A DNA stretch of 64,000 bases, from positions 68,125 to 132,124 of the forward strand of contig JAPOFX010000003.1 of the NCBI GenBank assembly GCA_028283505.1, written 5' to 3'. The notes under the pieces were generated by a model. The model ran no database searches, was not told where the DNA came from, and saw only the letters and a program-made list of their open reading frames with translations. Below, in pieces: positions 26,734 through 34,204 of the stretch. Both the position numbers and the translations under genes were made by a program. The stretch comes from Candidatus Poseidoniales archaeon (GTDB lineage Archaea > Thermoplasmatota > Poseidoniia > Poseidoniales > Thalassarchaeaceae). Every line of letters starts with the position of its first letter. Within the stretch, counting starts at the first letter, position 1.

Positions 26734-27801
26734 ATGAAGACCGCGCTTACAGATATTGAGCTGGAGTCGTTTGGTACTCCGGACCCAAGGATTCTGGTTT
26801 GTGGCTGTGGGGGCTCGGGCAACAACACCATGAATCGCATCACACACATTGGGGTCGAGGGGGCGATTACCGTCGCCATAAACACCGACAAGCAGGACCT
26901 CGACCTGACTAGGGCAATGCAGAAGCTGCTTGTTGGGAGGCACATCACCAGGGGACTCGGTGCAGGGGGGGACCCGGTGATGGGAAGACGCTGCGCCGAG
27001 GCTGGCAGAGACGTTATTGGCAAGATAGTCCATGGGGCTGACCTTGTGTTCGTCACTGCCGGTCTCGGTGGCGGCACCGGCACTGGAATCGCACCAATAG
27101 TCGCAGAGGAGGCGAAGAGAGCAGGCGCTCTCGTCGTGGCGGTTGTGACTACGCCATTCACGGTAGAGAGGCGACAGAGGATGCAACGGGCTCTGGAGGG
27201 GCTCGACCTACTGAGGAGCACAGCCGATGCTGTACTGGTGCTTGACAACAACAGGCTCCTGCACTTCGTACCCAACCTTCCTCTCGATGAGGCGTTCAGT
27301 ATCATGGACCAGCTAATAGCTGAGATCGTCAAGGGAGTAGTGGAGACGATAACCCTCCCGAGCTTGATAAACCTAGACTTCGCTGATGTGAGGAGCATAA
27401 TGAAGAACGGGGGCGTGACTATGATGCTTTACGGAGAGAGCGACCAAGGCCCAGAGGAGGTCGTCCACGAGTCACTCAACCACCCTCTACTGGACATAGA
27501 GATAGAAGGGGCCACAGGTGCCCTGATACACGTCACAGGGGGGCCGTACATGACGATGGAGCAGGCGACACAGGTATGCGATCTAATGACCTCAAGGCTG
27601 TCTCCTGAGGCGAATGTGATATTCGGTGCTAGGCAGGACCCTGCCTTCGGAGACACCATCAAGGTGATGTCGATAATTACCGGTGTCGCCAACAAGCGCC
27701 TCGATGAGGAGATGATGAGCGCGGATATGCTCGGGGAAGCGCTCAATATCGCCAGAAAAGGCAGAAAACCGCATGACAGCGGATTCCAAAGATTCGACTG
27801 A
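26734..27801 (+). CDS. ftsZ: Cell division GTPase FtsZ
   Basis: Motifs: ILVCGCGGSGNNTMNRI; the tubulin signature AGLGGGTGTGIAPIVA; VVTTPFTVERRQR. An alternative upstream start at 26626 would add 36 basic, poorly FtsZ-like residues. Confidence 0.9.
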   Translation: MKTALTDIELESFGTPDPRILVCGCGGSGNNTMNRITHIGVEGAITVAINTDKQDLDLTRAMQKLLVGRHITRGLGAGGDPVMGRRCAEAGRDVIGKIVHGADLVFVTAGLGGGTGTGIAPIVAEEAKRAGALVVAVVTTPFTVERRQRMQRALEGLDLLRSTADAVLVLDNNRLLHFVPNLPLDEAFSIMDQLIAEIVKGVVETITLPSLINLDFADVRSIMKNGGVTMMLYGESDQGPEEVVHESLNHPLLDIEIEGATGALIHVTGGPYMTMEQATQVCDLMTSRLSPEANVIFGARQDPAFGDTIKVMSIITGVANKRLDEEMMSADMLGEALNIARKGRKPHDSGFQRFD

Positions 27802-27836
27802 TTCCCAACTCAGACAGGGGTAAGTCTCAAACCGGT

Positions 27837-27853
27837 TGAGTTATGAGAACTCA
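27837..27853 (+). promoter_or_regulatory. Hairpin TGAGTT-ATGAG-AACTCA 2 nt upstream of the PGF-CTERM protein start, with a competing upstream AACTCA copy at 27807-27812
   Basis: Read directly. The hexamer and its complement occur three times within 47 nt, as AACTCA...TGAGTT...AACTCA. This allows two mutually exclusive stems. Confidence 0.25.
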
Positions 27854-27855
27854 CT

Positions 27856-28677
27856 ATGCGACCCGCGAAGATGGCCATGGCTCTAGCTCTCACCGTGTTG
27901 ATGGGTCTATCTACGATAGGAGCTCCAGTGGCTGCGCAGGAAGTAGTGGCTGACCCCCGTCAACCATCTCCAGATAATCCCCACATGCATGTTTTTGGTT
28001 CAGACGATTTAGCGAATTGTTTCATGCACTTTGATAGTAACGACACTAGTGGCTCGGCTGCTGATGGGTATGGCGAGAAGGTATGGAATGGACAAAATGC
28101 CAGAATTGAAGTTGACTATACCTGCAGGATGGAGTCTTTCAAGCAAGACATGTACAACAGCGAGAATGGTAGCATATCAGTTCACTTAGAGTTCGAGATA
28201 GAAAGTCAATCAGAATGTCAAGATACCGACGCTCAATGCAAAAACCTCACGCTAACCTTCTACAAGGGTGGTTTTGAGGTAGCTCAGGAGGTTTTCATGG
28301 CGATTTCTACCAATGGAGATACCTTCTCAGTTGATTGGAATATTCAGATAGATGAGAATATGACTAGGTTCAACAAGAGCGAGGAGCCTCAGATTCAGAT
28401 TGAATTCAATTACCCCGGATATAGTGATATCATCTGTGGACTTCTCAATTCTTGTGGCGGATCATTCAGGATGTACTACCACACACCTGACAACCCTGCG
28501 GCAGAGATTGAGTTCCCAGTAGTCAATCAGACCATGCCCGATGGCGCTGATGAGGATGACACTGGTGGCCTGATCGGCGGGGTCACTGATTCTGTACCAG
28601 GATTCGGCATGATAGCGGGGATAGGCTCTCTCGCGATGGCGGCTGTTGCAAACAGCAGAAGATCCAAGGAAGACTAG
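27856..28677 (+). CDS. Secreted glycoprotein with PGF-CTERM archaeosortase (ArtA) sorting signal
   Basis: Signal peptide MRPAKMAMALALTVLMGLSTIGAPVAAQE. C-terminus VPGFGMIAGIGSLAMAAVANSRRSKED, which is PGF + hydrophobic helix + basic tail. Six N-x-S/T sequons (NDT, NGS, NLT, NMT, NKS, NQT) and several Cys. Confidence 0.75.
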   Translation: MRPAKMAMALALTVLMGLSTIGAPVAAQEVVADPRQPSPDNPHMHVFGSDDLANCFMHFDSNDTSGSAADGYGEKVWNGQNARIEVDYTCRMESFKQDMYNSENGSISVHLEFEIESQSECQDTDAQCKNLTLTFYKGGFEVAQEVFMAISTNGDTFSVDWNIQIDENMTRFNKSEEPQIQIEFNYPGYSDIICGLLNSCGGSFRMYYHTPDNPAAEIEFPVVNQTMPDGADEDDTGGLIGGVTDSVPGFGMIAGIGSLAMAAVANSRRSKED

Positions 28678-29930
28678 AGGTCCTTGAATTCGATATCGTT
28701 CTCTTCCCCCGTCTGAAGGTCCTTGATTCTGACTTTTCCTGAGTCCCACTCCGCGGGCATGACCATGACGAGCCTCTCAGCACCAGTCCTCTCAGCGTGC
28801 TTGAATACCCACTTCATCTTCTTGGGCTCCAGGACAAGGTCAACCCTCCTTCCCGCTCCCCTAAGCTTTGATGATACCTCCATTGCCGCGCCCCTCAAGG
28901 ACTCGTCCATCGAGAAAACCACATCCGATACCCTGCTGGAGATGTCCGGAAGCAGTCCCTTCTCAGAGAGCAGTTCCATGATCACCATGTCCCCGAACCC
29001 GAATCCGGTTGCTGGAAGATCCCTTCCCCCGAGGGTGCCGATTAGCCTGTCATACCTACCCCCTCCGCAGATCGCCCTGAGCTCCCCCCCTCTGTCATGA
29101 GCCTCGAAGACGGGGCCGGTGTAGTATGCCAGACCCCTGACTACCGAGGCGTCGAATGTTGTCCACTCTGATATCCCATAGGACTCGAGAAGCTGAAACA
29201 GTCTCTCCAGCTCGGAAACGGCCATGCTGTCTGGGGAGAGCATGTCCCTCAATCCCGGGAGTTCTGTCACACTGAGCACTGATTGTATGGTAGTGATGGA
29301 GCTGTCACTGATCCCCAGGTCCGAGAGCTGGGCTGACACGGTCTCCTCTGGAAGCTTGTCCATCTTGTCCACTATCACGCAAGCCTTGGTAAAGGAGTCC
29401 CCCTCTATACCTAGTGACCCCAGTACCTCCTCCAGTACCTTTCTGCTGCTTATCCTGACAACTACGTCGTCATGAGTGAGGCCCACGCTTGTGAACATGT
29501 GCACCATTACCGAAAGGAGCTCCGCGTCTGCTTCGATTCCCTCCATTCCCCATATGTCGACATTCCACTGGTAGTGCTCCCTTCCTCTCCCTCTTTGGGT
29601 CCTCTCGTACCTCCAGCACTGCGGGATTGAGTACCACTTGATGGGTAGTGGCAGAGCACCTGACCTAGCCATGACCATTCTAGCTAGGGAGGGGGTCATC
29701 TCTGGCCTGAGAGATATCTTCCTGCCTCCTTTGTCCTCGAAATTGTACAATTGCTGGGTTATCTCTTCTCCCTGCTTCCTCGTGTACAGCTCCTCGTGCT
29801 CTATGATTGGGGAATCGTACTCCTCGAACCCATGTGATAGAGAGGATGAGTGGAATTTCTGGAACAACCAGTTCCGCAGTCGCATTTCCTCTGGATAGAA
29901 GTCCCGAGTTCCGCGCACGCCCTGTGCCAT
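28674..29930 (-). CDS. hisS: Histidine--tRNA ligase
   Basis: Motifs: GTRDFYPEEMRLRNWLF, LRPEMTPSLARMV, WRYERTQRGRGREHYQWNVDIWG (class II motif 2), CGGGRYDRLI (motif 3). Confidence 0.95.
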   Translation of the reverse strand: MAQGVRGTRDFYPEEMRLRNWLFQKFHSSSLSHGFEEYDSPIIEHEELYTRKQGEEITQQLYNFEDKGGRKISLRPEMTPSLARMVMARSGALPLPIKWYSIPQCWRYERTQRGRGREHYQWNVDIWGMEGIEADAELLSVMVHMFTSVGLTHDDVVVRISSRKVLEEVLGSLGIEGDSFTKACVIVDKMDKLPEETVSAQLSDLGISDSSITTIQSVLSVTELPGLRDMLSPDSMAVSELERLFQLLESYGISEWTTFDASVVRGLAYYTGPVFEAHDRGGELRAICGGGRYDRLIGTLGGRDLPATGFGFGDMVIMELLSEKGLLPDISSRVSDVVFSMDESLRGAAMEVSSKLRGAGRRVDLVLEPKKMKWVFKHAERTGAERLVMVMPAEWDSGKVRIKDLQTGEENDIEFKDL

Positions 29931-29982
29931 GGCGTCGCCACGAACTTGACCACTTCAAGACCTATGGCTCTAGGGAGTCGCA

Positions 29983-30102
29983 TCATTCCTTTACTGAGGG
30001 GTTTAGCCTCCTCCAGAGCCAGTAACCAACAGCGATGATTGCCACCGCCCACCCTGGGGCGATGATTAGTATTGCCACAGCAGCGACGATTTGCTCCAGC
30101 AT
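29983..30102 (-). CDS. Unannotated 39-aa single-TM ORF directly downstream of the NSS symporter (candidate MetS-like small subunit)
   Basis: My translation is MLEQIVAAVAILIIAPGWAVAIIAVGYWLWRRLNPSVKE*. It falls below the 60-aa track threshold. It starts 24 nt after the transporter stop on the same strand. I saw no clear SD sequence. Confidence 0.45.
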   Translation of the reverse strand: MLEQIVAAVAILIIAPGWAVAIIAVGYWLWRRLNPSVKE

Positions 30103-30126
30103 GATTGTAAATTTTTGCACTCTGCT

Positions 30127-31959
30127 TCAAGGGTTACGGGTGTATGTGCCAATAATCTCAGCTTCGATCGTCGAAAGTGTGTGCGTCTTGGTCTCTCCAT
30201 AGTCATCAGTGAAGGAAGATGGCAGTTCATCGCCAAGCTGGATTATGAACTCATCCTCTCCCCCTGGAAGCGTGTCGATGGGCGCTTCGGCCCCCTCAGG
30301 CACATTCCTGTAAAGCGGTCGTGGCTCTAGCTCGAAGTCGCCAGAGAGAATGTAGAGTGGCCACGGGCCTGCTTCAGAGCTGGTTGGTATCATGCGATTG
30401 ACAAGGACGTACCTGTTCATCCCAATGAACAAGGACGCAGTGACCCCCCAAAACAGGAGGATGATCGATATACCATTGGGGTTCGATGGGTTCCAAGGGT
30501 CGTCTACGTTGACAAGCAGATCGATGAAGTAAGAGCCCATGAGAACGGAGAACATTATCGGGAAACCGAGGTACATGATGTAGTCCCACCACTTACCTAT
30601 CCACCAATCGTTATCACCGGTGTTTATGAAGTCATCACGAAATGAGGAGACTCCATTGTCCAGGTAATCCCTGAAGCTGAATCCCTCGACCCCATTCTCA
30701 GACTGCCAATGTCTGTACCTGCTCCAGCCATACTTCCAGATGCTGTAGGCGATAAACAGGCCACTGAACATAAGCCCGTAGCCCCAGATATGGTCTTGGA
30801 CCTCCAGGAACTGGGGGAATGCGACGCCTGTGGCCGTATCCATCTTGATCCAAAGTGCGGCACTCGGGAGGCCGAAGAGGAAGATGGCCACGCTCGTGAA
30901 GCCCACGGCCTGTGACCTGTCGACTCCGTGATCGACGAAGTTTCTGACACAGAGCTCGACTGTAGAGATCATCGATGTCAAGGCGGCAAATGAAAGCGCT
31001 AGGAAGAAGACGGTTACCATCACCACCTGTACTACGGGCCCTCCGGGAGCCTGTGCGAATACTTCGGGCAGAACTAGGAAGGTAATGGCGGAGCTTCCAG
31101 CACCCACGGCACTGAGGGGATCGTCGACAACTGCGAAAACTGCCATCATTACTGTCAGGCCTGCGATGATGCTGATGCTGTTGTTTGCCAGACACATGGT
31201 TGCGGCGTTCAGGGTGGTATCCTCGTCCTTCCTCATGTAGACGGAGTATGTGATTGCCATTCCCATTCCAGCCGAGCAGGACCAGGCTGATTGGGAAAGC
31301 CCGCTAATCCATGTCTCTGGTTCCATCAGATACTCAGGCTGGATGCTGAACATGTAGACAAATCCGTCCAATGTTCCATCATTTAGGTCCATAACGAACG
31401 CGAGGAAGAGAGCGGAGAAGAGAAGGATGAACAAAGAGACCATGAGAATGACGTTTACCTTCTCTATGGCCTTGGCCCCCCTCCATATCGCTGCCATAGT
31501 TATTGCCACAGCAATGGCCTGGAACATTATCACATCAGTTGGTGATTGCAGGAATGAGTTCCAAACCTCGGTGGTGTCTACCTCGCTTCCTAGGCCCCCT
31601 CTGACTGCAGTCTGGAAGTAATTTAGGCACCATCCGGTCACTACGGCGTAGTAGAACCCTATGGCCGTAGATATCCAAGCGGTCCATAGGCCCATCCAGG
31701 CGAAGTTCTTTCCGGCGAATATTCGAAAGGTTCCGACAGTTCCAGTTCTGCTCCTCTTCCCAAGAGCGAACTCCGCGATAATGAGAGGAACTGACCAAAC
31801 GAAGAGAAATATTAGCCAGGGAACCAAGAATGAGCCACCTCCGTTCGCACCTACCATTCTGGGGAACCTCCAGATGTTACCTGTTCCGATAGCTGCCCCA
31901 ATAGTCGCAAAGATAAGCCCCAGACGACCACTAAATTCGTCTGATCCTCCTTCAGCCAT
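30127..31959 (-). CDS. Sodium:neurotransmitter symporter family (NSS/SNF, LeuT-like) amino-acid transporter with a C-terminal soluble extension
   Basis: Motif: GTGNIWRFPRMVGANGGGSFLVPWLIFLFVWSVPLIIAEFALGK, with about 11-12 TM helices. The start shares 1 nt with the carboxypeptidase stop (TGATG at 31957-31961). Confidence 0.9.
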   Translation of the reverse strand: MAEGGSDEFSGRLGLIFATIGAAIGTGNIWRFPRMVGANGGGSFLVPWLIFLFVWSVPLIIAEFALGKRSRTGTVGTFRIFAGKNFAWMGLWTAWISTAIGFYYAVVTGWCLNYFQTAVRGGLGSEVDTTEVWNSFLQSPTDVIMFQAIAVAITMAAIWRGAKAIEKVNVILMVSLFILLFSALFLAFVMDLNDGTLDGFVYMFSIQPEYLMEPETWISGLSQSAWSCSAGMGMAITYSVYMRKDEDTTLNAATMCLANNSISIIAGLTVMMAVFAVVDDPLSAVGAGSSAITFLVLPEVFAQAPGGPVVQVVMVTVFFLALSFAALTSMISTVELCVRNFVDHGVDRSQAVGFTSVAIFLFGLPSAALWIKMDTATGVAFPQFLEVQDHIWGYGLMFSGLFIAYSIWKYGWSRYRHWQSENGVEGFSFRDYLDNGVSSFRDDFINTGDNDWWIGKWWDYIMYLGFPIMFSVLMGSYFIDLLVNVDDPWNPSNPNGISIILLFWGVTASLFIGMNRYVLVNRMIPTSSEAGPWPLYILSGDFELEPRPLYRNVPEGAEAPIDTLPGGEDEFIIQLGDELPSSFTDDYGETKTHTLSTIEAEIIGTYTRNP

Positions 31960-34133
31960 CAGGAGTCCTCCAGATCGTAATCATCTGGTAGCCCGATTAC
32001 GCCGCCTTCATCGTCGAACATCGCTCGGAGAGTCAGGCCAAGTCCGCCCCACACGAAGCTGGCAATAACTACGAACATCATCAGCGAGAGGACGCTAGAG
32101 CCGAAAGAGGCCCTGTACGGTATTGCTAGCTCGTAGTAGTTCCCTCCCTCCAGCGTGGGGTAGGTGAACGGGAATGCCCCGTTAGTAGTACCCAGCATCG
32201 CCTTGTACTGTATCTTGCCAACGGAGGTGTCAGGGAGGGGAATTTGGGAGTGTAGGACCGTTCCATTGGAGCCATCCAACAAGACGCACTGTGTGTCTTG
32301 CCCCTCAGGGGGTACGGAGAAGGCAGACATCTTCCAAGGAACATCGATCCACTCTGTGGGGCCGAAGTCATTTTGTTGTCTGTTGGGCTGTACCAGTCTC
32401 CACATCAGATGAGTCATGTTGATGTCTGTGGAGTAAGGGAAGGATTCGTCGAGACAGAGAGAGATCGGTATATCCCCGTTACCAACTTCGACCTTCGATG
32501 GTTCTTGTAGCCACTGGCTGACTGTGGTGTTCTCGATTCCAACTATGGCTCGGTATCTGGGATCATCGGCCATCTCTACCATGTAGAACGGTACTCCGAG
32601 ATTTCTAACCGCTATGTGAGCTATATCATCGGGATGCTGGTGGAAGGCAGTTCCAATCTCCATGGTGTAGCAGTACGAGTTGTGTACACCGTAGTGCCAG
32701 TCACAGAAGTCACCAGTTGTGGGATAGAGATCAGAAGACTGCATGGGGGCATAGTCCGTCATCTCTCCCATCTTGACACCGTGATAGACTAGAAATTCGT
32801 CATCAGGGGTGTAACATCCTGTGCAATGCCCCCAAGGCCACAGAACAAGCTCTGAGAATGAGTGCCAGCTGAGTGTAGCCTTGAAGTCTGAGAATCCGTC
32901 TTTGTCATCATCGTTCATCTCAGTCATGTCCTGAATCAGCTTCGTCTCTGGCTCGCTGTTGCCTCCCAACCAGTCTTCGTCAATCAGACCATCGCCATCA
33001 TCATCATTACCATCTACGTGGTCTTCATTAAGACGATTATCACCATCTTGATCGACTGTATCTACGGGTCCGTTGTAGACATCATTGTTGGCTCCGGCAT
33101 CTCCAGCGTAGCACATGCCTGGGAAGAGGGGTCCTGTTGCACCTAACGGAGCGCCCCACTCATACTGGAAATTACGATTCAAATCCACGCCATCACAACT
33201 CGGATCTGGTTCCTCATCAACATCTGGTATCGGAGTGACTCCCGTGACAGTGTTGTCTCTCAAGTTCTTCCTCCATCCAGAAGTCGGGCAATTCTCCCAG
33301 GCCGTGGGACCGCAATAGACCTCTCTATCGTACCTGTTACCATCAACGTTTAGCATTGGGATTAGGTACATCTCCCTGGTATTGACCATATCGGTGATGA
33401 ACTGCTCTGAGAAGTCCTCGTCTACTCCCAGGTCGCCGGGCCCACAGGGGTTCCCATCCCCGTTACTGTCCTGAAAGGATGAGTTCAGAGAAAGGCAATC
33501 ACCGTCGTTATCGATCCCGTCCCAGCCATCCTCGTCTATCAGGCCGTCACCGTCGTTATCGACTCCAGCCATCCCATAGTAGTGGGCGATTGTCTCTAGG
33601 AAAAGCATGGGGACTTCATAGGACATCCACTCCCTGGCGTGAAAATTCCCTGCTAGCATGATATCTGGCCTATCGTCGTAGTTTCCGCAATCCCCCACGA
33701 AGGCATTACACTCACCACCGTGTACGTCCGCGGTAATTTTCATCCATGGGCTGTCGTGGTTGTAGTGCCATCCTTGGTAGGTTCCGCGATTTGTCTCCTC
33801 GCCACGAGCATTCAATCCACCGTTCATTCCGTCATGAAATGTCATAATCTCGGAGTTCTGATCTGCTAGATTCTGCATCCTCTGCTTCATCGTGAAGTAA
33901 TCATGATACTCTCTGAACTGAACCCTGCTGTCGCCCCCCCAAGGGAAAATCTGGAATGTGTACTCGTCAGACCAGATATCTTGTGGGGCTAGCCCCTCCT
34001 CGGACTCTTGAGCGGCAACTGGGGCAATTACGGATGCGGGGGCAAGGACTGAGAGTAGCAGAGGAAGGAGCATGGCTAGCACTGTTGTGCCCTGGCTTTT
34101 TGCCGGCCCGGATGACAGTCTGCGAGTTGTCAT
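31959..34133 (-). CDS. Membrane-anchored M14 zinc carboxypeptidase with calcium-binding (thrombospondin type-3-like) Asp-rich inserts
   Basis: Signal peptide present. M14 motifs: NFHAREWMSYE (HxxE), GVDLNRNFQYEW, LSWHSFSELVLWPWG, YCYTMEIG. Asp-rich repeats: DNDGDGLIDEDGWDGIDNDGDC and DGNDDDGDGLIDED. C-terminal TM helix: VLSLMMFVVIASFVWGGLGLTL. Confidence 0.85.
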   Translation of the reverse strand: MTTRRLSSGPAKSQGTTVLAMLLPLLLSVLAPASVIAPVAAQESEEGLAPQDIWSDEYTFQIFPWGGDSRVQFREYHDYFTMKQRMQNLADQNSEIMTFHDGMNGGLNARGEETNRGTYQGWHYNHDSPWMKITADVHGGECNAFVGDCGNYDDRPDIMLAGNFHAREWMSYEVPMLFLETIAHYYGMAGVDNDGDGLIDEDGWDGIDNDGDCLSLNSSFQDSNGDGNPCGPGDLGVDEDFSEQFITDMVNTREMYLIPMLNVDGNRYDREVYCGPTAWENCPTSGWRKNLRDNTVTGVTPIPDVDEEPDPSCDGVDLNRNFQYEWGAPLGATGPLFPGMCYAGDAGANNDVYNGPVDTVDQDGDNRLNEDHVDGNDDDGDGLIDEDWLGGNSEPETKLIQDMTEMNDDDKDGFSDFKATLSWHSFSELVLWPWGHCTGCYTPDDEFLVYHGVKMGEMTDYAPMQSSDLYPTTGDFCDWHYGVHNSYCYTMEIGTAFHQHPDDIAHIAVRNLGVPFYMVEMADDPRYRAIVGIENTTVSQWLQEPSKVEVGNGDIPISLCLDESFPYSTDINMTHLMWRLVQPNRQQNDFGPTEWIDVPWKMSAFSVPPEGQDTQCVLLDGSNGTVLHSQIPLPDTSVGKIQYKAMLGTTNGAFPFTYPTLEGGNYYELAIPYRASFGSSVLSLMMFVVIASFVWGGLGLTLRAMFDDEGGVIGLPDDYDLEDS

Positions 34134-34176
34134 GTAATAACTCGGAAAGGAGGATACGTATTGAATCCCTCGTTAA

Positions 34177-34193
34177 TCGGTCCTAAGGACCGA
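34177..34193. promoter_or_regulatory. 17-bp palindrome TCGGTCC-TAA-GGACCGA in the divergent M14 / mscS spacer
   Basis: Read directly. It lies 12 nt upstream of the mscS GTG at 34205. It shares the CGGTCC...GGACCG core with the hairpin at 10493-10509. Confidence 0.3.
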
Positions 34194-34204
34194 GCTGGGT
34201 TTAT

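Noticed and set aside
26709-27398. 229-aa minus-strand ORF antisense to ftsZ, plus the 188-aa ORF at 26620-27186
   Set aside because: These ORFs are Ala/Ser/Pro/Thr/Arg-rich and low-complexity, with no motifs. They overlap completely a gene that has unmistakable FtsZ signatures. Long antisense ORFs are expected in GC-rich coding DNA.
30624-31195. 108-aa and 165-aa alternative-frame ORFs on the same strand inside the NSS transporter gene
   Set aside because: They have an Arg/Ser/Gly/Pro-rich composition typical of off-frame translation of GC-rich DNA. The annotated frame carries the NSS signature and the TM helices.
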